DNA of 51,405 nt, filler included, from Sphacelaria rigidula (taxonomy: Eukaryota): the NCBI GenBank assembly GCA_964200075.2. It is 4 parts of 4 records of this genome, joined end to end, with 100 filler letters (N's around TTAATTAATTAA, not from the genome) between each part and the next. Parts side by side here need not be neighbours in the genome. Positions count along the whole stretch, not along the records: positions 25,756 to 38,531 come from CAXNAA020003426.1; positions 38,632 to 51,405 come from CAXNAA020003427.1; 2 more parts are not named here. The stretch is one strand, 5' to 3'. Shown in pieces: positions 34,276 to 47,640 of this stretch. The position numbers and the translations under genes were made by a program. A model generated the notes under the pieces. It saw only the letters and a list, made by a program, of their open reading frames with translations, did not search any database and was not told where the DNA came from. Position 1 is the stretch's first letter. Each line of letters begins with the position of its first letter.

Positions 34276-36282
34276 TCCGTATCGCCCTCAGAACACCAAC
34301 GTGGGCATTGTGATTTGAGCACGGTCTGCTTATTTTGCCGAAACTATCGACGCTAGCACGTGCGAGTGCTCATGGAAAATGTAATGCGAAAACCCCCCGA
34401 AAATATGCCATCCGCAGAAAATGCTAGACTGAGGTCTGTGCAGTATAGGGGGGAAACACGATCTCGATCGTTTTTGTAAAGAATTGTATACGTATCATTT
34501 GTCTGAATATTCACCGTTTCGTTGCGGACGAGCCGGAAAACGGTTCTATTGGACCAAAAACGCTCAATAATACCCTCCTGATAAACGGCGTATCTAGCCC
34601 GTATCGCCCCAAAAACACCAACTTGAGCACCGCAGTTTGAGCGCGGCCTACGCTTTCCCCCCAAATCTACCGGCGCTAGCACTTTCAAGTAGTAATAAAG
34701 AATATTACTCGACAAAAACTCAAAGACTACAACAGCTACGAATTCTGAAGACTTCTGATGCACCTGATTCACCGCCAGTTGGAAGCGATCGTGGGTCTGG
34801 AAAACACGCCTTGGGCAAAGTAGTGGTCCTTGGAAGCTGCAAACAATCAACCATATATTGTAAAAAAAGCAGCACCTTGAAATCAGCACTTTTCCATTGC
34901 CAGTACCAAAAGGATTAACTGGAAGCCCGACTTGTCCCTTGCTTGAGATTTTTCAACCTGCGAGTGCCCAAAAGTTGAGATTTCATCCCGAGGGAGGGGG
35001 AGACGGGATACCCGATATATCCAGTCTGCGGCTGCGGAAATATCGACGGGTTTATCGTGTTGACTGGTGCAAAATCAAGAATGGACCATAGATAATGTCA
35101 CGTATATGCTCGTATGAGCAGTAAAGTCTTCTGTGCAGTGGGGTGAAAAATAGTACAACAGCCCGCTGTAAAATACAAGCATTCACTGACGTGAAGCTCG
35201 CTGCAGCCGCACGGGGGCATCGCACACATTAATTGACCTCACGCGTCGAATGTCCACTGAACGCTCATGACCTGGCGTCATAGATCGCCGTGGAACGCAA
35301 AGCCGCGGAAATCAAATCCATTTCTCATGCAATCTTTCGCGCACGCTGTCAAACATCAATTTCTGCACGTTACTGCGCACAAGTCGTAGCTCCTCTTCCG
35401 CAAGCACCCGAGTCTGGGTTATACGCTGGTGCGACACTAGTTAACTTCGGTTGCTCCCGCAAAAGTGGTAGCAGCGCCCTATCCCACTTGCCATTCTTCA
35501 ATACCGAGCTTTTGATCTGTTAGTTCATCTCTCGGTAGGATGCAAAAAAAGGCACAAGATGGGCGATTCTTGGACGACGATCCTCCGACGTTTTCCCCTT
35601 CGTCTGATCTGCTAAGCACCATTCACGAATGCCCGAATCGGAATCTGTTCAGTATGAAAAAATGGCTCTCCAAGCGTACGCAACAGCATGACCTGTCGCG
35701 ATCTATCGAGCTAGATATTGGTCAACTGTGAAGCCGGGGCTGTGAGCAAGTCTCGCTCAAAGTTTGCCAAGCTGTACTGCGTTCGTGGAAGACACGCGGA
35801 CGAATGGTCGTGTTCTTTCTTGTCTTCACCTTCGCCACGGCAGCGGTGTCCCGCGCAAGCGATCGAGGTTCGGTATTGTACAGTATGACGTCTACGTCGC
35901 AATCCACATGAAACGGTATGCATGACATCAACAGTATGCACATGAGAGTTTTTTTTTCACCAGACATCGACTTCTTTCGAAAGATACCGCGTTTTCTGGA
36001 GCTGCACACTAGCAGATATCTAAAAGCCAGAACTCTAGCCCGGCACAGAATGTACGTCACCCTTCGAGCACCACGAACCGAGCGAGGTCCAGATAAAAAA
36101 TCGTCTTTTTTGGGCAGGCTTTAGACTGGGGAAGATATGCCTCCACTCTTTTTCGCCTGTAAAAGGTGCCATTCTGGATGGTGTACATAATTTAAAAAAC
36201 GCGCCAGACACACCATTTTTGATCGAAATTTTCCCGGCACATCAACTGGGGCTATGTGCTGTGCCTGTACTTTGAAAAACAA

Positions 36283-36660
36283 GGGGGGGGGGGAAGGCGG
36301 GCATTCTCATGACGTTGCATGCCCTAGTCAGAAGACCATTGACCTCACACCCCAACAGAACCAGGACGGAGCACGCTGGGTTTTCGCCGCACCAAGCTCG
36401 CAATCACCACGCTCGAAGCGCCGTAATGTGTTAGGCGAGTCGCATGAAGGGTGAGCTGCATCCTGCTAAGACTGTTCGGCCCGAAGCGTACTAGGTATCT
36501 TGCATATGGATGGCAACCTCGAATTGGTCGCTTCATTTTTTGGTATCACCACTTCCTGAGACAGCGACAGGTGACAGACTGCCTCATGAGAGTCTCCTCA
36601 TTTCAACACTATGCGGTACGATCAACCTCTTTCCGCGGAGTTCGGGTTCTCCACCCCGCA
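36283..36660 (-). mobile_element. Family B copy (may extend to ~36830)
   Basis: G-run then attctcatgacgttgcatgccctagtcagaagaccattgacctc...ggcgagtcgcatgaagggtgagctgcatcctgc, colinear with 15305-15685. Confidence 0.7.
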
Positions 36661-37007
36661 CACTATGATCTAGCTCGACCACCATCATCCTCACCGCAAA
36701 AAAAATAAAAACGCACGCGAAAAAAGAAATGTGAACCTGGTTGCCTGGGTTACGCAGTGAGGGAGTGACGTCTTGTACAGCGTCGTTGCCGACCGACGCC
36801 AACCGTCAAAAGAGAAATGGAAATAAGGGGAGGAGGGGAGTGCATTCTCGTCTCGTAGGGGCACTGCGCAAACCGGCACTTCTCCATGAATCCACCCTGT
36901 ATCTTAAATTACACCAGCAGCTCAATCTGCTGTCTGCGACGAGCGGCGTCTACAGTAATACTGTCTACTAATGGTACAGTCACCTACACAACTCGTCGCA
37001 ATATTTC

Positions 37008-37917
37008 ACACCCTGGACAATACAATATGTAATATGTATATTGCCCGCACAATATGTGGATGCGTCGGGTGGTCAATAAATATTGGGCGAGCAATATGCT
37101 GGCACGAGAGAGGGTCAATATATATTGTGCCATCAATATGTCAAGGCCCGCGACATGCAATATATATTGACCGAACAAGATATCACGACACGCGCCACCT
37201 CAATATATATTGGCCGAGTAATATGTTGGTGCGAGAAAGCACCACTATATATATATATATATACGGAGTATATATATTTGTCGACTAATATATTGGCTGC
37301 CACACAAGGTCAATATATATTGATGATTTAATATACTCAACACCCGAGGCGTCAATATATATTGCCGCCCCAATATGTCGTGCGTCAATGTGTCCAATAT
37401 ATATTGGGCGGACGATATACGAGGGAACCGACGGTCACGATACATATTGGTGTAGCAATTATTTTGATTTTCAACATGTAGATTGAAAAGTGTATTGGAA
37501 TTAGTATGGTGGGCAACTCTATGTTCGCGGGCGCCATTGAAGCATGTGTCACCACATGCCGAAAATGCTCAATATACTCCCCCGCACGCGTGTTCAAAAT
37601 AAATTGGCTGCCCAAAAGCTATGCGATGAGCGTGAGCAATATATATTGGAAAAACAATACTTTTGCATGGTTTGGGTTCAATATATATTATGGTAACAAT
37701 ATGCTACGCATCGCTTCGACTCAGTATATTTTGACACCTCAATACATACACGGCCGGCATGCACAATATATATATATATATATATATATTGAATGTTTTA
37801 TTCCCGGAGCAAATGCATGTCCAATTTATATTGTCATACATTACTTTATTATCATGACAGGAGCGATATATGTTGGTGCTTCCATGTCTCCGAGGGTATC
37901 TCAACACAATATATATT
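37008..37917 (+). mobile_element. DNA-transposon end with arrayed CAATATATATTG motifs
   Basis: Starts cacaccctggacaatacaatatg, followed by many caatatatattg-type palindromes. Confidence 0.6.
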
Positions 37918-38360
37918 CAAGGGTAGGTCGAGTAGAGTATGTACTTTTGAGTACTCGAGTAAAATACTCAAGTATTTACTCTACTCGACGTTTGAGTAGG
38001 TCGAGTACGGCCTCAAATACTTTACTCAATTTTTGAGCAGGTCGAGTACGGCCTCACATACTCTACTCAATTTTTGAGTAGGTCGAGTACGACCTCAAAT
38101 ACTCTACTCAAATATTGAGTACGTAAGCACTCTCAGTAATACTCGAGTATAGAGTATCACTTGAGTGTGACCTCAATACTCTACTCAAATTTTGAGTACG
38201 TTGAGTATGATCTCAAATGCTCTACTAAAAATTTTGAGTACGTCAAGTACGGCCTCAAATACTCTACACAAATTTTGAGTAGATCGAGTATGACCTCAAA
38301 TACTCTACTCAAATTTTGAGTAAGCACTCTCAGTAATACTTGAGTAAAGAGTACCCCTGA
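37918..38360. repeat. ~41-bp degenerate tandem repeat with palindromic core TACTCAAATTTTGAGTA
   Basis: About seven units of gtcgagtacggcctcaaatactctactcaaattttgagtag, in two blocks each closed by taagcactctcagtaatact(c/t)gagta(t/a)agagta. Confidence 0.85.
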
Positions 38361-38531
38361 CCGTCGGCGACATTGTGAGGTCACTTCATACACTATGTTA
38401 AATGGATGGGCGAACGATTGCCATAAAAAAAAAGAAAGCGTGTAGGTGAATTAACCTACCTGCCCCAGCGCCACATCTCACCAGCCCCCACCCACGGCAG
38501 TTCATACTCGATACCTCGCAACGCCTTCGAT

Positions 38532-38631
38532 NNNNNNNNNNNNNNNNNNNNNNNNNNNNNNNNNNNNNNNNNNNNTTAATTAATTAANNNNNNNNNNNNN
38601 NNNNNNNNNNNNNNNNNNNNNNNNNNNNNNN
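38532..38631. other. Artificial contig linker
   Basis: N44-TTAATTAATTAA-N44. Confidence 0.97.
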
Positions 38632-41600
38632 AAATAGCGAAGTGTATGGATAAAAGGTTCCTTCCTGTCCTCTGGGGACGAAAAAAAACAAAACAATGTG
38701 ACTCCCATCACGATTTTAGAGCAGTAGCGACGTGTGCTCGGGGCTGGATCTCAGCGCACAGTACATATTCTTCTACGGAGAGGTTTTCAAGCGGAATCCA
38801 TTTCAATCACTTGTGTATGGACCGATAGATCCGGCCGTTGCCGCATCACTGTGTGTAGATGGAAAGAGCTGGCGCTACGCGTGGTGCGGTTGTGCCGTGG
38901 TTGTCTGCGTGTACGCTCGGGCTCGGTTGTATGCGTGCGAGATGTTCCAATGAGACCTGTTTCCGACTGCGTCCAGTCCAGAAAGAAACATTGCTCTTCC
39001 CCATTAATCCGTGTTGTGTTTCATCGTTTAGGGCTCAGTCTGGTCGTTGTGGGCAAACAGGCTGTCTCGCCCACTTTTGTCTTCGCTTCTCATTTTGTGT
39101 TGAAAAATACACGGCGTCAACAGAAGGAGAGACCAAACGCACCTGGCGGGGATCTAGCCCGCGTTATTCCGACCCCAACAGCGCAAGTTCTACCAGTAGA
39201 CCACCTGGGCGCTACTGAAATTTGGTTATAGTAGTGCAGGGCAAGTTTTGGGCGAGACTCATTTTACGCATGTAGCTCGCCCCGTTGTCATGGGCAACTA
39301 TTCCATCGGAATGCTTTGGTGCAGCCGTCTATGCTGTTGATCCAGAACCGCGACCGGTAACTATAACGGTATCACGGTGTGCGAGTGTATGAAGTTCGAG
39401 TTCATCCTGTAGGACGCAATCTGGATAAAAAGGCCACACGCGGTTTTCTACGGACGACACCGTTACCACATCAATACTTCACGTTGACAACACTGGGCAA
39501 GAGCGCCTCACAGAGCGGGTATAGGCACATAATAAGCACACTGCCATCCCCATTCGATAGGATCAACTTCCTCCCTGGCTTGGTCTTTATGGATCCATGT
39601 GTATAGATTGCCCAAATCCCCCTAGATCAACATATGGTTACAGAACACAAAAGAGCACAGAACCACACCCATTTGAAGTCAAAGTCACCTCTTTTTATTT
39701 TCCTTTGTCCAACTTGTCCTCACCCAAAATGATGGTCACAGTTTCCGCTCCAGTTCAACCATGGTTGTAAATATTACCTGACGATTACTTGGAAAGGTGA
39801 TACCCGCCCACTTGAGCAATGCCTCTTTCGCATGGATGTTTTTTCAGCGTGCTGTCGTACTCCTAGCCCCCTCCCCCTCCCCACTCCCGAGGACGAGTTC
39901 TTATCTGAGGGATTCTCCTCTTGTACTTTCCTTTCAATTTTCAATCAAGCCTAGGGCGGCAAAATGGCCGACTGCTATTTTCCTGGTCGATGACACAATA
40001 TCCCCAAAGAAACATGTCGCTACCAGATACGTTACATGGACGACCAACAACAAAGCCCCTCAGAGTTCTGCCGGCAGCAAACACGCGGCCGCGATTTTGT
40101 TCATGGTGATGACATCGAGAATTGAAAACGGGAGAGAAATGCATAATAAACCGCCAAGTCCCCGTTTGCGGGGACAAACTTGAGTCGCGGACTATGTTCA
40201 TATCAGATACTGTTCGTTTCTTACGCAAGTCGCACGCGGACTTTTGCACGGTGCTTGTCATGTTGTCCATGCGTGGTGCTTTGCAGTCGCTTGATCTCAA
40301 TACGAAAACCTTTACAACACATTTGCTTGACAATTATGCCAATGCGAGTGTTTGTGTAGATTTTCTTGTGCAAGCGCCCCTGCGAAAAAAATCGCCCAAC
40401 TCGCAGGTAATCGGTTAAACACGCCAGCATCTCGTCTACAATGCCCCCCATACCTTTCTCACGTGTTCCGCGTTATTTTTCGTTGGCGATGGCGTCGCGG
40501 TGTTTCGTCTGCCTGCGCGTGAGTCTTCATCAGGCGAAGTACAAGCAGCTATTACTGTCCCTGGGGAACGTTCGCAATGATCGGCTGGCTCAGTCCGTGC
40601 TAGCCGGCACCACAACTCCGGCTGACCTCGCCACGAAGGTACGGCATGAAGCGTATGGCGGGTTATCGTTAATTTGTCCGTGTTCACTAGCGGCATCCAT
40701 GCCTTGAAGTAGCCGCTTGTCTGATGAACCCTCTGCTGTAGTAGGTGTCGCGCCGACCGCACGTCGTCTTCACCCAGAAATGACGAAGATTTGTTTTTGC
40801 TCCCGTTCCCTGCCCCAAAACTGGAAGGGCCGCTTTGTCGACAGCGTGCATGGATTTTCTTCTGTCATGCAGATGGTGGGACTCCAAGTCGAACCTGGAA
40901 CCTTGCGTGTCACTAAGCAGGTGGAAGTACGCATTCGTGTCGCCAATTTGGAGAGATAAATGAGTCCTGGACACGTATGGTAATCCACACATTTTATGAG
41001 GTGTTGTGCACCCCAGGACTTTTTTTCCGAACGATTTGCAACCCTTTTCCACCTTAACAACCATTCTTGAGTGTTCGCAGAAACATAGCGTTTGGACCAA
41101 GTCTGTATGAGAACCAACGGGTATGAGCAGGATAACACTTCAAACGCGACTGCAAAGCGCAACACCTGCACAAGTCTCCAAACAACACGTACAGATACAC
41201 GCTGCACAAGGTCATGAGCTTCAGTGCCAGCCCGTTGATGATGCACCCACGACGTCGATGATTGGCAGGGATTCGTTCAGTAATCACGGGGGTCCACGAT
41301 GTATGTATGGTTTAACGGAAGATGAACGTTGAAAAACAGTGTAGATCGAACCTGTGTGCGTTCCTCTTGCGCGTGCCGGACGAGAGCTGTCGCCTCCAGT
41401 TCATATTTGAACAACTCGACCGCAACCGACTCCTTAATACGCAGCTGATCAGTAATTGCGCCTTGAGCCATGCTTCATTCAGCCGGAGGCAACGGGCCTT
41501 TTTTTTGCATCAATGGTTGCGCTCGATAAATCTGTGCCATATTTGAACACCATCTGAATTAATTTCGAGTAGTATACCACAACACATGAAATCCCAGTTT

Positions 41601-44600
41601 GCGTGACAAACGTGGTTTCTACAGTGGAGTGCTTCTAGAGATCGAAGGATTTGTACGGGGTTTAAATCAAGGTCAATCATGGAGGTGTTTTGTGTGTTCG
41701 TTCGTGTATCACGAAATTATCTTTGTTTCAGAAAACATCGACCAAGAGGTTGTCGACAGCGAGAGTGTCATCGTTTGGAAACACAAGCGTTTCAGGCGGA
41801 ATTTTTGAACATGTTACCTCGATTGTGTACGAGGGCGTCGCTCGAGGAGACCGCTTTTGCTTACACAAAACTGGGTCACACAGAGTGTGGGATGGCACAA
41901 AGCATGTTGATTGTTCTACTCTACTGCTGCAACAGCACACCACGGTGTGCTGTGAATGTGGCAACATTTTTTGTCAAATGGACGGCTTCCGCACGAGAAC
42001 AAGCATAGCGTATGTTCCATCAAGACACCAGAACAGGTATCAGCGATGGTACAATCTATCATAGCATTGCCGTACCGGTACAGGGTCCCGCACAAAATTT
42101 CAATTTTTCAAAGCGCAAGCACCAAAGCTGGGCCGATAAGTGGCCTGCAAAATGCTGTTCCGATTTTCGACCGGCCCGGTTTCTAAATCGCACGCCTGGC
42201 CTCAACTTTTTGAATTGGACGTTCAAATTTTATATGGGAAATGAAAAGGGCATAATAATGAAAGAAAAAACGGTGAGTGAGGTATATAGTAGTTTTTCGT
42301 GGGTTCAAGGACACTTTGCTGAAATCTGGGTACTGATTATTGCCATGAACTCATGAAAAGAAAACTTGTCCCATTTCTTTTCGTCATGCCTCATTCATTC
42401 TCCGTACAAAACTGAGGTGAGACGGGGCCTGCAACCTACAAATCAGCGTCTAGGCTAGACCAGCTCGTTAAGATAGCCGGTGACAATAGCGCCGGGTGCA
42501 AGGAACTACAGTGTACCACACTACAGTGCGGTGGTACAGTTCAACCCTACCTGTATGTTGTGCTTATACGAATGAACTGACGGTGTGTGTTCACTGTTCG
42601 ATACCGGTGTGTGTCACTGTCAGGTGTCACAGAACCAGGTTCGCCCAGCAGAGTGCCGTGCTACAGTAATGGGGGTGACCGGGGGCCGTACCGACCAAAA
42701 ACCCGCCGGCAAAACAAAAAAAACGCGGAGGAATAATGAATAATACTGAAGACGTCATGGACTGACTGGACCTGTGCCGAACCTCGCACAACCTGTGCCG
42801 AACAGAACACACGCTCCATCCCAAGTTACCTAGGTTTAGTGTGCGACAGCTGTAATATTCGCCATCGCGTCGGTCTCGAGACGGGAAGCAAACCGGCCTG
42901 TGACACTTCACAAACCCCGCACCCACACTGGACCTAGTCACTGGTGCCGCGGATTTGCTCAATTCACCACAGGTGATCCGAAAAGCCCAGAGGCGTTCAA
43001 GGCAGTGCGTTTTGCAACACATTTTGTGTTTGCTGCAGCGGTTTGCAGAGTGCCGTGCCCTCTGCGGCACGCGTTAGGGAAATCCGCCCCGCGAGTGACA
43101 AGGTCTGGTGTATGGGAAGCGCACACATCTAACCTCAGTCCAATCCTCTTCTTGGTTGCCGAGAAACCCGCGTTGAAACATCGGCACAACAACAACACGA
43201 GCAGCTGCTTTTATCCTCCTTTTGTTCAGACACCTGTGTACAGGTGTACACCAACGTTAGTCACAGGTCTGTTGTGGAATGTACCATAATAATAGCATAT
43301 TTCACGTGAGCGAGGTCGCTATTCGGAGGCAACGCGTGTATTTGTGATTTGTATGATTGACTCGATCACGAGCCATTTTTTCTGCAGAGAGGGGTCGATG
43401 TCCATTTTCCCGATAAATAGTGCCCAACATAGGCCCCCATTCACCCCCATAACAGTGCGTAGTACAGTTCAGGGTAGTGCTGGCGCGACTTCCTCCCATG
43501 ATTGTCTCCACTCGCCACGACCAATGCGTCCCTTATCATGGCTCACACCCCGAGAACCATGACGCCATTTGCAGGCATCGCAATGGCATTTTCGGCCCGA
43601 GCTCTCTGTTCCCATGTTTGACGTTGTCCCTTCGCCAAGAATCGCTATTCCGAGCCCGAAGAAGAAACACGCCTGCTGAAGTCCAACGAGAGAGAGACCT
43701 GGGTGCTACTTGTGTTCATTGCTATGTGGTGGTACAAAGTCATGAGCCATGTCCGCATCATTGCATAGTCTTTTTTTCAAGTCTTGAAACAGACTAATAT
43801 TTTTTGCCGGAATGTGAAGGGCTGCTTGAAACGGAATTTGCAGGACCTGAGCAGTTGTTAATGCCATTTTGTTGTTTTCCAGCAGGCCGTGCTTGTCTTG
43901 GTTCAATCCGCACGTCGTGTTGGCACCTGCTGTTTTTTTGAGATTTCGGGTGTTTCATCAACGACGCGAGCGTCATTATTTTTCCGAGTTATGCAGCCTC
44001 TCCTCTCTCTCACACGCGCGCGCACAAATCTCCCCAAACATCCCGCATATCACAGGATGCCGTAGGCCTCATCAAGTCCCTCAGCTCCAACCTCAACGTC
44101 TTGGCGATGCCTATATCCGGCCGAAGCAGACCAGGGCCTGGGCGGGGGCGCGGCAAGGGTAAAGGTGCAAAGGGTGCCCGCCGCGGGATGATGTTTCTCG
44201 CGTGAAAGTGGTACCCGTCGCGATGGTGTTGAATTGAGTAGAATGTGAAGGAGTACAGGGAGTAGGTACCGTAGCGGCTGAAGGGTGAAGCCTTCGCTCA
44301 AGCTGTATTTTTGTCAGAAATTACCATGGTCAGCATTCGGGGATGTTCGGGCCGGGTGGGTCACCCGATATGTCCTGTGTTTATACGAGTGAAGGTGCTT
44401 TTAATCGGAAAGTAATTCTGGCTTCCTGAAATTATGCTGGTATTTTCGTTGTTTCTCTGGCGTGTCCGAAACATGCCCACGCTGGTGCCACGTTTCCAGG
44501 CATGTCGCGACACAGTGCTCGCGAATGAAGTCAAGCAGTACGCTTGCAGATTCTCTTGCATTCTTGATATCTGAGAAGTTGTGACATCCAACTCTGAAGC

Positions 44601-45348
44601 CACCCATTTTCTCCCGTCGCATCGAGTGAAACCTTGATTTTCTCTCGGTCCGTGGGCCACTCATGTGCAGTAGAGTACATCGCTGCTGTCGCGGTGATGA
44701 TAGGTATACGCGTTCTTGAGCCGTGAGCTAAACAAGCGAAGGCCTTGCGGCACGAATATCTGCGATTTGGAGCATGATATTCTTCGACAACAACACAAAT
44801 GTGGCATGTCAACCCGCACTCGGATTGGATCCAACGTCGGGTCGTCTTACTTAGAACCAAAGTCTGCGAGCATGAATTCGTGAGGTATACCCACGACGGT
44901 AGTGTCTCCCTCACAACGCCTTTTGGTTGCGCTCGTAGAAAGCGTGAGTCGACGGCAAACGAGAGTGCCATCGTCAGTTGTCGGTATTGCGGGGGGAGGA
45001 GGACCCGGGCATGTTGGATGAAATGGCGAAAACAATTGTTTGCGGGGTAAACTCTGTCTTCTCCAATCATCCGACCGCTTTTTTTCAAATATTTAGACAG
45101 GAGCAGTCATCGGATTTGAGAATCTCACAAACGTTCGCATCGGTAAACATGGACCTTCGATGACTACTTTGCAATCAAAGGGTGGAAATTCAGGGTAATG
45201 TCACTTCTGATGCCACACAGAACACTGTTCCTGCCTCAACCGATTCATACGTGCATCTCCAACGCATACATGAAGTGTTCATTTGCTATGCAAATTATGT
45301 GCCGAGTGGAACAGTGATTTATGAACTTGATTTTTTTTTCGTGTTGCT

Positions 45349-47394
45349 TCATGCAGGCCCTTCGGTCGCTACCCAAAACGCGCTCCAGCAACTTAATGCA
45401 TATACGACCGCAGTTTCCGCTCGCAAAACCGATGGTCCGAGAGACACGAAGCGCACAAAAGAGCACGCGGACATCGCCTCGATTTCATCTGGCGCGAAGC
45501 CCCCCTCCGGTCCCACGAAAATAGCACTCCTAATTGCCCCATCACTGCTTATACTGGTGTTGCTATAGCCACCCGCGCCGGCGAGTGGTTGCTGGCTTTG
45601 CCCGCGCTGTTCCCGTGCAAACTCCTTCAGCGCATCCAGCAGCGGCGGCGCATCCTTGTCCCTCTCCTTGCACACGAACATCACCTTGGGTGGGTCATCA
45701 TTGGTCAACAGTGAAGTACCCGCACTCGGATGTCCAGCCTGACTCGGTACAATACCCGAAAATTCTCTCCCGGATGCGACAGTGCTTGTGTCGCTTCCAC
45801 AGCGACTGCCGGCGGGAACACCGGGGACGTCTTGCGGTTCCGTAGACGAAGCGCAGGTACGATATGTCATCGTACGGTCGTCGACACGCGTCTCAATTTT
45901 GTGTTGCCATTCCAGGAGCAGAGACGCCAGCTCTACCGCAGTTGACTCCATATGCGGAACGGTCATCCGCTCGCTCTGTTCAGCCGCCTCAACAGCGATG
46001 AGACGCAGCTTTTCGAGAGATGAAGAAGCTGATGCATCTTCTGCGCAGCCTCTCTGGGTGCGGGCAGTCAATACGGGGACCAGTCGCGAAGCGCCAACCT
46101 CCACCGCTTTTTCGACCAGCACCTTCAGGCGTTGCTTACGAATCGGAGCAAAAAGGAGATCTACGTCCGGCGCTGGCGCGGTGGGTGCTTCTTCGTGCGT
46201 GTTGTTATCAAAGCTCGGATCTTCTGACCCAAATGAGGTACCGCGACAGGGCTGCTTTCGTATCAGGCGATCTAAACACAACGTCACCGGGCCTCCGCCC
46301 GATCTCGCTTTCCCCTTTCCGGCGCGTCCGCCCCCACTTTTCGCTGTGGCGGATACCGTGGCTAAAAACTCTCCGCTTGCACCATCAAAAACGCGGACGC
46401 GGCTACCATCCTTCAGGCGCATGACATTGACGATGTAGTGCGCCTGACCCTGAGAGAGTTCTACGAACTGACCTGCCTGCAGTGCACCACTCGCATCTCC
46501 AAGATACATGCGAGGCGTGCGGGTATCGACTGTTGTGATTCTGCTGTCCACGGCTGAATTGGGGTCTGAAAAGGAAGGTTCCCGCATTCCTTGCCGAGAA
46601 AAACTTCGCAACTTATCCCCAGCAGTCTCCTCGCTGAGGTAATCCTTCGCTCTCTGGTGCAGCTGCTGCCCATCAAAAGGAAAAGGCGTGCGCATCAGCG
46701 TGTGTGGATGCAAGGGACTTCGATCTTACTCGAGAACGTGTCGAGCAACTCGTGCTGCACAATCGTACAGTAAACACAGTAGGTGAATCCATACTCGGGA
46801 GGGGGACACACATACACATTGCCGCATCCATGTACGCACTACACCGTAGAGGGTGGGCACGTCGAGACATACATACGATGCACGGCATATTGGGTCTACC
46901 AAATTCCTGTTTTACGTCCCTGTTTACTGTTCATGCGCGCTTGGATATTCGAGTACTTCTTATACGAGGCGGCAAACCCCTGCCCAAGAGCATGTTATCC
47001 CACGTGACACATGTGTGCAATACTGTAACAGCGATAGAAGGGCACGGAAATGACCACAACACATTCGAACATAACCCCCCGGAACAGTACACCCACTACA
47101 CGAGCAACATCAACTTACATGAGTGTCATCGCAGGCTAGCCTCCACGGTAGCCGTAATCTGAAACGTTCCGCAACTCCTGCTGGTCCGACGGCATATCTA
47201 CCATGCTTGTTGAGGAACGTGCTGATTCCACCATGAGTACTGTCGATGTAGCAGCGACGCTGGCCCGCTACTGGCGTCGAGAGGAGTGAGCAAAATGCCA
47301 TGGCGCAATGGTTCTGGGAAAATGACGGAAGGAGTATGGGCATGAAAAACAACCGTATATGGCGGCATCGCAGGCTGAGGTGGCACCACCACAT
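45349..47394 (-). CDS. rsmE: 16S rRNA m3U1498 methyltransferase RsmE, two exons, probably plastid-targeted
   Basis: Exon 2 (46665 or 46662 to 45349) has QAHYIVNVMRLKDGSRVRVFDG, EKAVEVGASRLVPVLTARTQ, EAAEQSER and IFVGPEGGFAPDE...SLGPSVLRAETA (SPOUT). The proposed exon 1, 47394-47119, ends CAT|gtaagt in phase 0 and is less certain. Confidence 0.92.
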
Positions 47395-47505
47395 TGCGCT
47401 GATCGAGTGCTCATGTTTGTGTTTTGATTTATGATCACGGGTCTGAACAAAGAGGATCGTGTGAAGAACGTGTTTCGATCACGGAACGAATGTGATGATG
47501 TCTAC

Positions 47506-47555
47506 TGTTGTTGTCGTTGTTGTTGTTGTCGTTGTTGTTGTTGTTGTCGTTGTCG

Positions 47556-47632
<77 letters not shown>

Positions 47633-47640
47633 ATTGTTGT
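47506..47640. repeat. (GTT)n microsatellite
   Basis: About 45 near-perfect GTT/GTC units. Confidence 0.97.

Noticed and set aside
37918-38360. CRISPR array
   Set aside because: The spacers are homologous to each other, no cas genes are present, and the context is eukaryotic.
39358-39370. TAACTATAACGGT resembling the LSU rRNA / I-CeuI site
   Set aside because: Only 13 bp match and the flanks are not rRNA-like; probably chance.
45782-46438. 218-aa plus-strand ORF
   Set aside because: Antisense shadow of rsmE.
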